DNA from: a virus
Lineage: Duplodnaviria; Caudoviricetes
DNA length: 64,000 bases
Reading direction: 5' to 3' (one strand)
Virus record (IMG/VR): IMGVR_UViG_3300005805_000084
Location: 2,120-66,119 of that record
Made by a program: the position numbers and the translations under genes
Shown: piece by piece, positions 25,462-34,626 of the stretch
Position numbering within the stretch: position 1 is the stretch's first letter
Layout of the letters: every line of letters starts with the position of its first letter
Notes under the pieces: generated by a model
What the model was told of the DNA's origin: nothing
Databases searched by the model: none
Seen by the model: only the letters and a program-made list of their open reading frames with translations

Positions 25462-27297
25462 CTAGAAATAGTCGCCATGCGAGGTTCTCATCCCGATGGT
25501 CATCTCGTTGAGCGACACCGCCCCTCCTATGACCGGCCCCTTGTTGGCATCAGCCACCATGATTCGGAACCCGATCTGAGAGCCTGTCCTGAAGAACGGG
25601 AACGTGGCCATCCGATTGGGCCGCTTATTGGCAGCTATCAACGCCGCCTCAGCTTCGGTCGATAGTCGGTCGATAGGACGAGGCGTGCTGCCCTGCCAGA
25701 TGAGCTGCCTCGGCTGGGCTCCATAGCCGACATCGGCGTGCAGCTTTGCCGCCTTGGAGTCCGCCACGTCAGGCGCATCGTACTCAACCGCAATACGACT
25801 GACCGTCTTGTTGTTCGGGCCGCCCATATCCTGAGAGTCTGTCTGAAGGATGGTTACGTATCCTCGGTCCTCGTAGGCCACGTAGTATGGGCTGTCCGTG
25901 GTGCGACAAGTGGTAGTGGTTGGGTGATCAATCGAAGTCCACGTGTCAGCAGCAAACGATCGGTACTGCTCATCACGGATGCACAGCTCCCTGCCGTAGA
26001 AGTCTGGGTCGTATTCCTTCAGGCACTTGTCCTGAGACGAGGCCATGATGAACTTGTAACCGTTCGCACATGGCGTGCAGTCTGGCTCAATGGATGGATC
26101 GCTGTTTGCCAGAGCACAGAGCGAGTTTGCCGACGGATCAGCCTCGTAGTTCTCGGGGCTGTTCTTGATGTACTGAAGGCTGGTATTCAGCACGAAGTTG
26201 GCTGGGAATGGATTGCCCTCTCGATCGCCAAGCCTTCCTCCAGTCGACGGGTTGCAGACGCCAAGATCGGCCAGCCAGCGCCTCACGCTCACCTGATAAG
26301 CCGGAAGGTGAGAACAGAAGGCAGTGAATCCTGAGTCAACGATGCAGGCCTTCTGCGTGTCCAGCTGAAGGATGAGGGTTCGCTGCGGCACCAGCTCGTC
26401 ATCAGCGCACCAAGACATCCACACCTGACGGTCCTCTTCGTTGTAGCCGCCAACGACGTTGTAGCAGGCGCTGCGGTTGACCTTGCCGTAGGCACCAAAC
26501 GTGGTGTTCGGAATGCTGCCGAGGTACTCGGCTCGCACTCCTTCGTAGATCGCGCCAGAGGCCTTGAAGAGCCAGTCAATGCGCTGAGGGCTGCGGTCCA
26601 GTTCGCCAAGAGCGTAAAGGGTGTCTTCACCAGCGTAGATGTGGATTGACCCAAGGTTGACCAGAGAGTTCTGGAACCTCAGGGCTGATGGGCCTCGGTA
26701 GACCTCCCTGAAGTTGAAGACCTCCTCGCCGCCAACGAGGTTCACATCGTAGATCGCCTTGTCGGTGTAGACGCGGAACTGCCCACCGAGCGGCTCCATT
26801 GCCAGCACACGCTCATCAGCGCCCAAGTCGATGTAGCCAGCCAGAGAATCCGGAAGCGGAGTGAAGCTCAGCGGGTCGTTGAAGTCGGACCAGTAGATCC
26901 GATTCACGTTCATGCTGCCCTCGGTGACCGTGTTTCCAAGGAACATGAAGCCGCGCCATGCTCCGACCACCTGAGCCAATGTGATGTCGAGCGCAATGAG
27001 ATCGTCTATCGGTGCCGCAGAGTTCGTTGAGGTGCCGTCTCCTATGCCCTCATGGCTCCACCAAATCGGAGAGTCCACACCGTTTGTGAAGACTGCGATG
27101 CCACCGATCTGGGCGAACTTCCATCGGGTTTCCGGAACGCCAGCCTCCGGCCGAACCCCGCCAGCGTTGTCGTAGAGGATTCTCCAGTTTCCATCCAGTC
27201 CACTGTTGGCGAACAGGCGGGATCTGGTTCCGGCAAGGAGCCGAGTGTCCCCGCTGTCCCCGCGCATGTTCCCAAGGAATGTGATGTACTCGCTCAT
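25462..27297 (-). CDS. Tail tubular B / DNA-stabilisation (P22 gp10-like) protein
   Basis: RIYWSDFNDPLSF beta-propeller-like motifs; synteny upstream of ejection genes. Confidence 0.6.
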   Translation of the reverse strand: MSEYITFLGNMRGDSGDTRLLAGTRSRLFANSGLDGNWRILYDNAGGVRPEAGVPETRWKFAQIGGIAVFTNGVDSPIWWSHEGIGDGTSTNSAAPIDDLIALDITLAQVVGAWRGFMFLGNTVTEGSMNVNRIYWSDFNDPLSFTPLPDSLAGYIDLGADERVLAMEPLGGQFRVYTDKAIYDVNLVGGEEVFNFREVYRGPSALRFQNSLVNLGSIHIYAGEDTLYALGELDRSPQRIDWLFKASGAIYEGVRAEYLGSIPNTTFGAYGKVNRSACYNVVGGYNEEDRQVWMSWCADDELVPQRTLILQLDTQKACIVDSGFTAFCSHLPAYQVSVRRWLADLGVCNPSTGGRLGDREGNPFPANFVLNTSLQYIKNSPENYEADPSANSLCALANSDPSIEPDCTPCANGYKFIMASSQDKCLKEYDPDFYGRELCIRDEQYRSFAADTWTSIDHPTTTTCRTTDSPYYVAYEDRGYVTILQTDSQDMGGPNNKTVSRIAVEYDAPDVADSKAAKLHADVGYGAQPRQLIWQGSTPRPIDRLSTEAEAALIAANKRPNRMATFPFFRTGSQIGFRIMVADANKGPVIGGAVSLNEMTIGMRTSHGDYF

Positions 27298-27300
27298 GGA

Positions 27301-28617
27301 TCAGGAACCAGTGGCAGTTACCGTTGGTGCGACCACGCTTATTGTTGGAGAGACCATTGTCGGGAAGCTGGTCGCCTCCACCTCTGGCGCAGTGATGGCG
27401 ATTGCGCTGAACACGGTGATCGCAACCGATACCTCAGAGCTTGCCACCACCACTGGGTTCACCACGTAGACCGTGGGCGACGTCAGTGATACCGACGCAA
27501 CATCTGGGAAGTCTGGGAGCTGATCATGCAGATCCTCATTCATCGCAGTGCAGATCACGATCGAGTCGATGATCGCACCACCAACTGCAATGGCCTCGAT
27601 CTTCAGCTCGTGGCCGTGAACCGTGCATCGGAGAGCTCCAAACCGTGGAGGGTTGTCCACCACAGAGCCGGTCGTGCTCTGGTTGAAGTTGTAGAGGTTT
27701 GCGCCACCAATGCCCGCGACAATGTATGGCAGCGGCGTGGTTGAGGACGGCTTGTCCAACCACCTCTGGTAATTGTGGGCGTGACCATTGATGACCACGT
27801 CAGCGCCCCAGCCATAGAAGTCCCAGTTCAGGTTGATGAACGAGTAGCCAGAGGTGCTGGAGAATGGCGGGTGATGGAATACCACCACCTTGACCCGAGC
27901 CTTGCTGGCGGCGAGCTGAGCCCTGAGCCAGTTCGCTTGGACGCTGACGCTGTTATTGCCATCCGGCTCGAACACGGTCCCGTTCGTTCTGTAGCCAGAG
28001 CTGACAATGAAGAACCCAACATCTCCACGCTGGAACGTGTAGTAGTTCTTGGTGTTGTTCTGAAACAGGTGAGGGAACTTGCTCCTAAACCACTTTGGTC
28101 CACCTATCGCGGTGCCATCAAAGTCGACGTCGTGATTGCCTATCGTCGGGTAGAACGAGTTGCTGGTCAGGTAGTCTCCATAGTACCCAACCACCACGTT
28201 GTTGAAGACCTGATTCGCCGACTCAAGGCTGTTGAGATAGTCCGCCGTGTAGGTGGTCGTGTCAGAGAATACGATGGTTGAGTCAGCAGTTATCGCTGGG
28301 CTGACACCGTAGACGTTGTCTCCGGCAGTAACGATGAACTCCGGATTCCAGCTCTTTACCAGATTGGAGACAGCCAGCTCATTCGCATTTCCAACGCCAT
28401 AGTCGGAGATGACCGCGAAGGTCATGTCGGTCATTGGCTCGCTAAGCGCAAGACGACGCCATCCACCAAGACGGCGGAGCTGACCTCGAGAGTCTCCGAT
28501 CGCATTGACGATCAGTCGGAACGCTCCCTCTTGAGTTCTTCCAGATGGAGACCTCAGATCAAGCTGGCCAGCGCTGAGCGCAATGGAAACGTCCTTTACT
28601 GGAGGAAGTCGCTTCAT
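27301..28617 (-). CDS. Structural-module protein containing a calcineurin-like/purple-acid metallophosphoesterase domain and an S/T/V/P-rich tail
   Basis: SDYG, GDNVY, GNHD, VFHH, GHAH motifs. Confidence 0.85.
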   Translation of the reverse strand: MKRLPPVKDVSIALSAGQLDLRSPSGRTQEGAFRLIVNAIGDSRGQLRRLGGWRRLALSEPMTDMTFAVISDYGVGNANELAVSNLVKSWNPEFIVTAGDNVYGVSPAITADSTIVFSDTTTYTADYLNSLESANQVFNNVVVGYYGDYLTSNSFYPTIGNHDVDFDGTAIGGPKWFRSKFPHLFQNNTKNYYTFQRGDVGFFIVSSGYRTNGTVFEPDGNNSVSVQANWLRAQLAASKARVKVVVFHHPPFSSTSGYSFINLNWDFYGWGADVVINGHAHNYQRWLDKPSSTTPLPYIVAGIGGANLYNFNQSTTGSVVDNPPRFGALRCTVHGHELKIEAIAVGGAIIDSIVICTAMNEDLHDQLPDFPDVASVSLTSPTVYVVNPVVVASSEVSVAITVFSAIAITAPEVEATSFPTMVSPTISVVAPTVTATGS

Positions 28618-29333
28618 GCCTCGCGGGTGGTTCTCATCATGTACCAGATAGCCACAGCGGGCTGGACGATGCTTACGGGAGAGACCGTTCCAGAGTCCGT
28701 TGAGTCGACCGCGATCGCGTTGGTGGTTCCGATGAATCCAGTGTTTCTGGCTCCGCTGCTACCAGCCGACACAGACCTCAAGACTGACTGCCCCCAGGAC
28801 TGGTTGTTTGGATCGGTCCAGCGCCTCTGGATGAAGGTCAGATCATCATCCCCGTCGTAGTTCGGGGTCCATGTGTCGCCGACGCCATGGTAGTGATCCT
28901 TGGTGGGGATGTTGCTCTGGCCTATGGTGATCGTCTCAGCGCCGAATACGGACCCATCAACCGAACGATTCGTTAGACCAGCCCCAGCGCCACCTCCAAC
29001 AATAACTCTGCCACGAAGATCAGGGGTGCCGCTTGTTCCGTCACAAAGCACCCAGAAAGGCGTTCCGCTTGTGTCCCCTGCATCCCTTCCGAGCATCTCG
29101 ATGGTGCTCTTCACCGTGGCCTCTGGAGCCTTGAGGTAGTAGGCCAAAATGGTCCCAGGGGGAGGCAGGAACATCGCCTTGAAATCGGTCGTGGCATTCC
29201 CATTGGAGGTGAATGCCCAGTCGAACCACAGCTTCATCTTGCTGCTGAGGCCGAGAAGGTTGGTCAGCCTGTCGCAGATCGATTGATTCTGTCCCGCAAT
29301 GACGAATGAAGAGCCTGTTACCGGCGAACTCAT
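28614..29333 (-). CDS. Tail collar-domain protein
   Basis: PPGTILAY...WVLCDG...TPDLRGRVIVG. Confidence 0.8.
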   Translation of the reverse strand: MSSPVTGSSFVIAGQNQSICDRLTNLLGLSSKMKLWFDWAFTSNGNATTDFKAMFLPPPGTILAYYLKAPEATVKSTIEMLGRDAGDTSGTPFWVLCDGTSGTPDLRGRVIVGGGAGAGLTNRSVDGSVFGAETITIGQSNIPTKDHYHGVGDTWTPNYDGDDDLTFIQRRWTDPNNQSWGQSVLRSVSAGSSGARNTGFIGTTNAIAVDSTDSGTVSPVSIVQPAVAIWYMMRTTREA

Positions 29334-29381
29334 TCCACGGTCCTACGACGGCCTACACCAAGCCGCAAGACGGAGTCGCCT

Positions 29382-31082
29382 TTACTGAAGCCGGTGCAAC
29401 CCGTTGGCCCAATAGACCCTGCAGTTCCTTGCAGCCGCCGCCACGTTCACACCGCCAGCATGAACCCTCAATGTCTGGCCAGTTGCCGGAATGTTTGTCG
29501 TGTGAGTGGCCACGAGAGTGGCGTTGATGTAGAACTTCACCTCGGACGGGGTGTAAACGATGCCAAATGTCTTGGCCGATGTTCCAACCGCCACCCCAGT
29601 GTCCGTGACAGTGCTGGAAGATCCTGTTCCAGCGCAGGTTACGGCCTTCCAGTTGGTATCTGGGGCTTCCGACGAGTACCGGAAGATGGCTAGATGCTGG
29701 TTTGGCGTGTCAGAGCTGAGATTCCCAAGCGTGGTGCTGGCAAGACCTACCCAGAACCGCATTGAAGTGGTGTCTGTGGAGATCTTGGCGTTGATGTAGT
29801 GCCTCACCTCATGGTCCGAGATGAAGATCGCCCCTGAAGACCACCCAAACGTGCTGCCAATGCTCGCCGCGCTCACCCAGTTGCGCCCAAGAAGCTCGGT
29901 GGCCGAACCTCCGACGTTCGAGGCCGTGCCATTGTCGCTGGCACCATAGCCAAGCGACGTTTGCTGGGCTGAGGCCGTGTTCGGAACGTAGATGCAACGG
30001 CTCCAAGTCAGGAAATCGGTCTCCGTGGCCGCATTCGGATCAAATCCGGTGATGTCGCTTGGGACCAAAGGCCTCTGCTCAGTGTTCCCAGACGAGTTAC
30101 CGATGAAGACGGTCTTGTTGGATAGCGCTGGGACGTCGTTTGTTCGGCCAGGACCCAGAACCAGGACCTCTCCGTTGCTGGCCACCTTTGTCACCCTGCC
30201 GATGTTCTGGATCAGGTTGGGGTAGGATGGCTTGGTGAGGGTGAAACCGCCTCCTGCGGCCACGTAGACGGTCTGGCCAAGGGTTGCAGTGGAGGTGTTG
30301 ACTCCAGTGACGGTGCCTATGACATGGATGTAGCCATTTGCTCCGTCCGAGATCTGGTCCTGAGCCACACCAATCGCTGGCATCTTGGCCGAGTTGGCGG
30401 CATCAGCTGGGGCAACGTCGATGTGGGTTCCGGTGCGCGATACGATGTAGACTGGCGTGCCCTTGGCGATGGTGCTTCCAGAGGTGTTCTTGACGAACTC
30501 CCACACCGCAGCCGAATGCAGCGAGTAATAGCCCTCAATCACCCCTCCGGTAATGTTGACGTCGTCGGAGTTCTGGTAGGCCATCGTCCCAAGATCAGTG
30601 ATCTGGGAGCCTGTGTGGGTGTGGCCGACATTGGACTTCCCATCCAAGGCCGACTGGGTTGCCGAGCTGATCGGCTTTGCGAGGTCGGAGGTGTTGTCGA
30701 CGTTGCCTAGGCCAACATCGGCCTTGGTGCAGTGGCACTCGCCGTCATCTGTTGACGTTCCGGAATCCGCCTGCAGCTGAGCCAGGGACGCCTGCAGCGC
30801 CGAGACGCTTGCGAGGACACTGTCGATCTGGGACTGGAGACCTGTCGGGTCAAAGGTGTCTGGAGTCGGGAGCGGTATCGGAAACTGAGCCTGAAAGCTG
30901 GACCTCCACCGCTCAACGTCCTGCCTGAATTGACGCGCCGTCTCCTCCGTGATTCGGCTCGGGAGTATTGGGAACTCCGGAACCAGCACATCGGCTGTGC
31001 CGAGACCTGTGTTCGCGCCGGTACCCTTTCCGGCTGTTCCGGAAAGCCTTCCAATCAGGACGCTCTTGTCGTTTGAGGCCAT
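29382..31082 (-). CDS. Tail fibre/spike-like virion protein
   Basis: TKADVGLGNVDNTSD.AKP repeat, GHTH, cement-like KNTSGSTIAKGTPVY domain. Confidence 0.65.
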   Translation of the reverse strand: MASNDKSVLIGRLSGTAGKGTGANTGLGTADVLVPEFPILPSRITEETARQFRQDVERWRSSFQAQFPIPLPTPDTFDPTGLQSQIDSVLASVSALQASLAQLQADSGTSTDDGECHCTKADVGLGNVDNTSDLAKPISSATQSALDGKSNVGHTHTGSQITDLGTMAYQNSDDVNITGGVIEGYYSLHSAAVWEFVKNTSGSTIAKGTPVYIVSRTGTHIDVAPADAANSAKMPAIGVAQDQISDGANGYIHVIGTVTGVNTSTATLGQTVYVAAGGGFTLTKPSYPNLIQNIGRVTKVASNGEVLVLGPGRTNDVPALSNKTVFIGNSSGNTEQRPLVPSDITGFDPNAATETDFLTWSRCIYVPNTASAQQTSLGYGASDNGTASNVGGSATELLGRNWVSAASIGSTFGWSSGAIFISDHEVRHYINAKISTDTTSMRFWVGLASTTLGNLSSDTPNQHLAIFRYSSEAPDTNWKAVTCAGTGSSSTVTDTGVAVGTSAKTFGIVYTPSEVKFYINATLVATHTTNIPATGQTLRVHAGGVNVAAAARNCRVYWANGLHRLQ

Positions 31083-31173
31083 GCTTCAAAGGCTCCCCAG
31101 AAAGCGAAGCCATTGCTCGGTCCATACCACCATGTTGAATTCCGATGCGATGAGGAGTCGTGTAATGTTCCAA

Positions 31174-32145
31174 TCAGCACCTTCCTAGCTGAGCCTGAAT
31201 TACAGATCTCAAGCGGCTCTGGAATGCTTGCTTCGTGAACATCGCCGAAGCAGCAAGCGAAAGATTTCCCTTCTCAAGAAGACGCGACCAGTTCGAGAAC
31301 GCATCCCTCATCGACTCGATAACAGAATCGTTGGCCGCTACGGCCCCGAACCCAACCCCGTAGTAAGGGTGGTCTTCCGGAGCCCTAGTCATTCCGTACT
31401 CAAGATGCCACGATGTCATCCTTGTGGTAAAATCAGCAGGCCCTCCGTATGGAATGACTATTGACGGCCTTCCTGTCGCCATAAGCTCGCACGCTGGAAA
31501 GTTCCAGCCCTCCAACCCAGAAAGGAAAACGCCGCAGTGATGTTGTGAAAGCATCAGCTCATATTCCGCCTTGGACAGATCTGACGTAACCACAGAGATC
31601 CTTTCATCTGCCGGATCAAATCGGCTGCAGTCAGGTGATCTCTTAAGGGTCAGGCGAACATCCGTGACGCCTTGGAATGCCCTCTTGAAGCAGCTCACAA
31701 GCTGATCCATTCCCTTCCTCTTTGGAACTCCGTTTTCCTTTCCAACACAAATGAACTTGAACGGACCCGATGTCGGCATCGGCCTAAAGACGGAATCACC
31801 CCAAAGCGGAATGACGTGAATGGGGTTCTTATAGCCAGCGTCACGAAACACGTCCACGTTGTGCCTGCTTGGGACGATCAAAGACATCCCGTGCATGAAT
31901 CCGTAGCATGATTTTGGGAGCGAGCTGGCCTCCCACATCGTGAATCGGATTTTCTCGAACGCCGTTGATCCAGGGATATCCAGAACAATGTCAGGGCGCA
32001 TATGGAGCCCAACCCTGTTGAGTTCCATTGCCTCAAGGAACGCAGAGCACATCCTCCCGTATCCGGTGGCCGTGTTATTTGTGGAGCAGTAAAACGAAAG
32101 CGGCTTCTGTGATTCCCTTAATGGAGGCCTTACGTTAACGGTCAC
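31174..32145 (-). CDS. Glycosyltransferase (GT-B, GT4-like)
   Basis: FICVG...RKGMDQLV, LEGWNFPACELMATGRP; GTG start overlapping upstream TGA. Confidence 0.85.
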   Translation of the reverse strand: MTVNVRPPLRESQKPLSFYCSTNNTATGYGRMCSAFLEAMELNRVGLHMRPDIVLDIPGSTAFEKIRFTMWEASSLPKSCYGFMHGMSLIVPSRHNVDVFRDAGYKNPIHVIPLWGDSVFRPMPTSGPFKFICVGKENGVPKRKGMDQLVSCFKRAFQGVTDVRLTLKRSPDCSRFDPADERISVVTSDLSKAEYELMLSQHHCGVFLSGLEGWNFPACELMATGRPSIVIPYGGPADFTTRMTSWHLEYGMTRAPEDHPYYGVGFGAVAANDSVIESMRDAFSNWSRLLEKGNLSLAASAMFTKQAFQSRLRSVIQAQLGRC

Positions 32146-32960
32146 CACGCGTCTGGCGGCATGACCCTTGGAGTCCTTACGAAGGTTTGTTTCTTGCGGC
32201 ATTCGTAGATGAGCTGGGAAACCGCCTGATTGTAGAGCGCCGAAGACGTCTGAAAGCTCGAGATGTCCTTCGTCTCCCTGCGGTTCACTTCAGCGTCCAA
32301 ATAGTATTCCACGGCGCTGGCCACGTCACGTTCCATCGACTCGTTCGGAGCCGTTCCAACAACCATCGTGGTCGGCATCGTGGTCGTGTCGTCCCATGTC
32401 CTTCGGATTCCGGTCCACTCAACCACGATCTGCTCCGTGCTCTCGATCGAAGGAAACACGTAGATCTGGCCGCGATGCATCGACCAATAGGCCTCGCTGG
32501 CGTCAGTGCGGTACCCCTTGTCGTTGCTGGCAGAAGACGCTGGATACGTCACATTCCCGCACGTGAATCCGTATGGAACGGGGCGCATTCCGTAGGCGTT
32601 CTCAGGAAGCCCGCACTTGTACTGCCGGAGCAGCGCATTCATGCGATCGAAGTCGATGTATTTGTACTCCACCTCCTGACACGCATTCGGCTCGTACGTG
32701 TTCGGAGAAACGCCAACGCCGCTCGTGTAGAGCCGCTCTATTGATCCGTCAACGCCATCGAAAACGCTGGCCCCGCAATGAAACGACGTAGCCGCAGAAC
32801 ACACGTACTCAGCGTGGTCGGTCCTAAGGCACGGCACCTTGACCTGCAGGTCGATCAGGGCGTCCCTGACCGCCATCTTGTGCGGAAGGACCAGATTCTC
32901 GGCCTCGCCCTCAGGAAAGACCACCGCAGCGATGTTGTTGTAGTAGGTGGCGAAGTTCAT
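32142..32960 (-). CDS. Putative head-tail adaptor / tail tubular A-like protein
   Basis: Size and synteny downstream of capsid; IYVFPS motif. Confidence 0.5.
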   Translation of the reverse strand: MNFATYYNNIAAVVFPEGEAENLVLPHKMAVRDALIDLQVKVPCLRTDHAEYVCSAATSFHCGASVFDGVDGSIERLYTSGVGVSPNTYEPNACQEVEYKYIDFDRMNALLRQYKCGLPENAYGMRPVPYGFTCGNVTYPASSASNDKGYRTDASEAYWSMHRGQIYVFPSIESTEQIVVEWTGIRRTWDDTTTMPTTMVVGTAPNESMERDVASAVEYYLDAEVNRRETKDISSFQTSSALYNQAVSQLIYECRKKQTFVRTPRVMPPDAW

Positions 32961-32961
32961 C

Positions 32962-33210
32962 TCATTCCTTTGGCAAGGCGTACCAACCCTCTGGAAGGAC
33001 CACCCTGTTCTTTGACCGAATCATCGAGCCGCTCTGATCCATGACCCAAACACGGGCTTTAACAGGCTCTGCAAGGCGTACAGGCTCACCGCTTGGAACC
33101 AGAACCACCCTCGTCGCGCAGCCGCTTGTCATGGCGAGCAATGCGATCCCTGAGACTAGCTTTGAGAGCAGGCTGTGGTTTGGCGTCTTCACTCTTGATG
33201 TCCCTCTCAA
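32962..33210 (-). CDS. Putative lipoprotein (o-spanin-like); start uncertain
   Basis: Hydrophobic stretch then SGC lipobox; overlaps 33086-33277. Confidence 0.5.
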   Translation of the reverse strand: MRGTSRVKTPNHSLLSKLVSGIALLAMTSGCATRVVLVPSGEPVRLAEPVKARVWVMDQSGSMIRSKNRVVLPEGWYALPKE

Positions 33211-33277
33211 TCAGCTCCTGAACCTTGTCTATGGCCACCGAAGCGACCGCCTTGGTGATGCTTTGTATCGGATCCAT
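33086..33277 (-). CDS. Small protein, possible i-spanin-like partner
   Basis: Overlapped arrangement with the lipoprotein ORF. Confidence 0.45.
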   Translation of the reverse strand: MDPIQSITKAVASVAIDKVQELIERDIKSEDAKPQPALKASLRDRIARHDKRLRDEGGSGSKR

Positions 33278-33560
33278 TTCGAGACTTGATGAGTTCTTTG
33301 TGGAAGATAACACCCCAGCAGAAGATGCCAGCCAGGCCGCAGTTCGTCGCAGCCTCAGACCAGTCAGCCTCCTTGCTGGTGAGGCAGCTATGCAGAGCTC
33401 CAGCCGCCACGGCAATCAGGGGAATCCTTAGCGCGATGGAGCCGATCATTGGCCACCGCCTGACAATCGATTCCTCCCTGTACAGCAGGATCCAGAATCC
33501 CGTGATTGCAGAAGCCAGAATGCCGCACGCCATCACATTGATCGCCGTGGCAGTCGTCAT
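33207..33560 (-). CDS. Multi-TM membrane protein (holin-like)
   Basis: Three hydrophobic helices, basic C-terminus. Confidence 0.55.
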   Translation of the reverse strand: MTTATAINVMACGILASAITGFWILLYREESIVRRWPMIGSIALRIPLIAVAAGALHSCLTSKEADWSEAATNCGLAGIFCWGVIFHKELIKSRNGSDTKHHQGGRFGGHRQGSGAD

Positions 33561-33562
33561 GG

Positions 33563-33850
33563 TCAGTCCTCGTCCTGATCAACCCCAAGCTTCTTGAGGA
33601 TGTACCTGACGCCATGCAGGCCCAGGAACCCCATCAGGAAGGCGCATCCATACTGGGTGCTCTGCCCTAGCTTGAGGAACTCCACCGCTATGGGTGTGAG
33701 GTAGTTTGCCGAAAGGGTGCCAGCGAGGATCGAAGCAATGGTCGCTGGCCAGTTGGTGTGGGCGTTCTTGCCGACATTGACAAGTGAGCCAGCAAAGCCA
33801 GCCACGACGATCCCAATGTTGATTCCGATGTCGCGGAGGAACTCTTTCAT
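33563..33850 (-). CDS. Putative holin
   Basis: 2-3 TM helices; GCAFLMGFLGL. Confidence 0.6.
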   Translation of the reverse strand: MKEFLRDIGINIGIVVAGFAGSLVNVGKNAHTNWPATIASILAGTLSANYLTPIAVEFLKLGQSTQYGCAFLMGFLGLHGVRYILKKLGVDQDED

Positions 33851-33852
33851 GG

Positions 33853-34032
33853 TCAGGCCTGAGGTTCAGGAGCCTTGCGCTTGTTGGCAACACCCCAGCC
33901 AGCGGCCACGAGGGTGATGATCGCGCCGACGATCTCAGGAAGCTGGTCAGCGGAGACAATGCCCTTGGCGACCAAGTAGCCACCAGCGGCGCTGAGGATG
34001 TGACGAATGAGGGATTTGGTGATTTCGTTCAT
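33853..34032 (-). CDS. Small two-TM protein (Pam3-gp28-like putative holin)
   Basis: LIRHILSAAGGYLVAKG...IVGAIITLVAAGW. Confidence 0.65.
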   Translation of the reverse strand: MNEITKSLIRHILSAAGGYLVAKGIVSADQLPEIVGAIITLVAAGWGVANKRKAPEPQA

Positions 34033-34108
34033 AGTAGTTCGACCCATTGATGGGCTCTTGTTCAGTCTCCGTCTGGGCGTTGGAAGTCCAAGGTAAAGTC
34101 GCGGAAGG

Positions 34109-34513
34109 TCACTTCTTGAGGCGGCCGGTGGACGGTCTGGAAGACTCCGGTGCCGAAGCAGGCCTCGGCTTCACGTCAACGACGGCCTCCGCAGCAGGAG
34201 CGGCGGGGGGCTTGATTGAGGCTTTGACTGGGTCCTGTGGAAGTACTGCCAGCGGTTCCACCCCTTGCCTCAAACGCTGCCGCTGCGGCGAGGGCAAGAC
34301 GGTCTTTTTTTTTTGCAGCTCAGCGTACTGCTCCTCTGTCAGCTCGGACACCCCACCCTTACGCTTCTGAATCCGTTCCACGAGCGCGTCGATGATGGTC
34401 TGGTTGTCCGTGGCAATGATCCCGTCATCGCCCCCAACGTGCTGGAACATGATCGGCGAACCCGCTGACGTGAAGGCGGGATTGGAAATCATGGCCTTAT
34501 GAAAGTAGCGCAT
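34109..34513 (-). CDS. Hypothetical virion-module protein
   Basis: Directly downstream of capsid gene. Confidence 0.7.
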   Translation of the reverse strand: MRYFHKAMISNPAFTSAGSPIMFQHVGGDDGIIATDNQTIIDALVERIQKRKGGVSELTEEQYAELQKKKTVLPSPQRQRLRQGVEPLAVLPQDPVKASIKPPAAPAAEAVVDVKPRPASAPESSRPSTGRLKK

Positions 34514-34563
34514 CTTTGGTGAGCTTTTTCTCAGGCGATCGTCATCGCAACCCAAAATCATTG

Positions 34564-34601
34564 AACAAAGTGGGCTGGCCAGATCCCTCCAGCCAGCCCA
34601 C
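34564..34601 (-). terminator. Terminator-like hairpin after the capsid gene
   Basis: gtgggctggc/gccagcccac stem then TTTGTT on the - strand. Confidence 0.7.
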
Positions 34602-34626
34602 CGAGTGCATCACAGTCTACGCCTGC

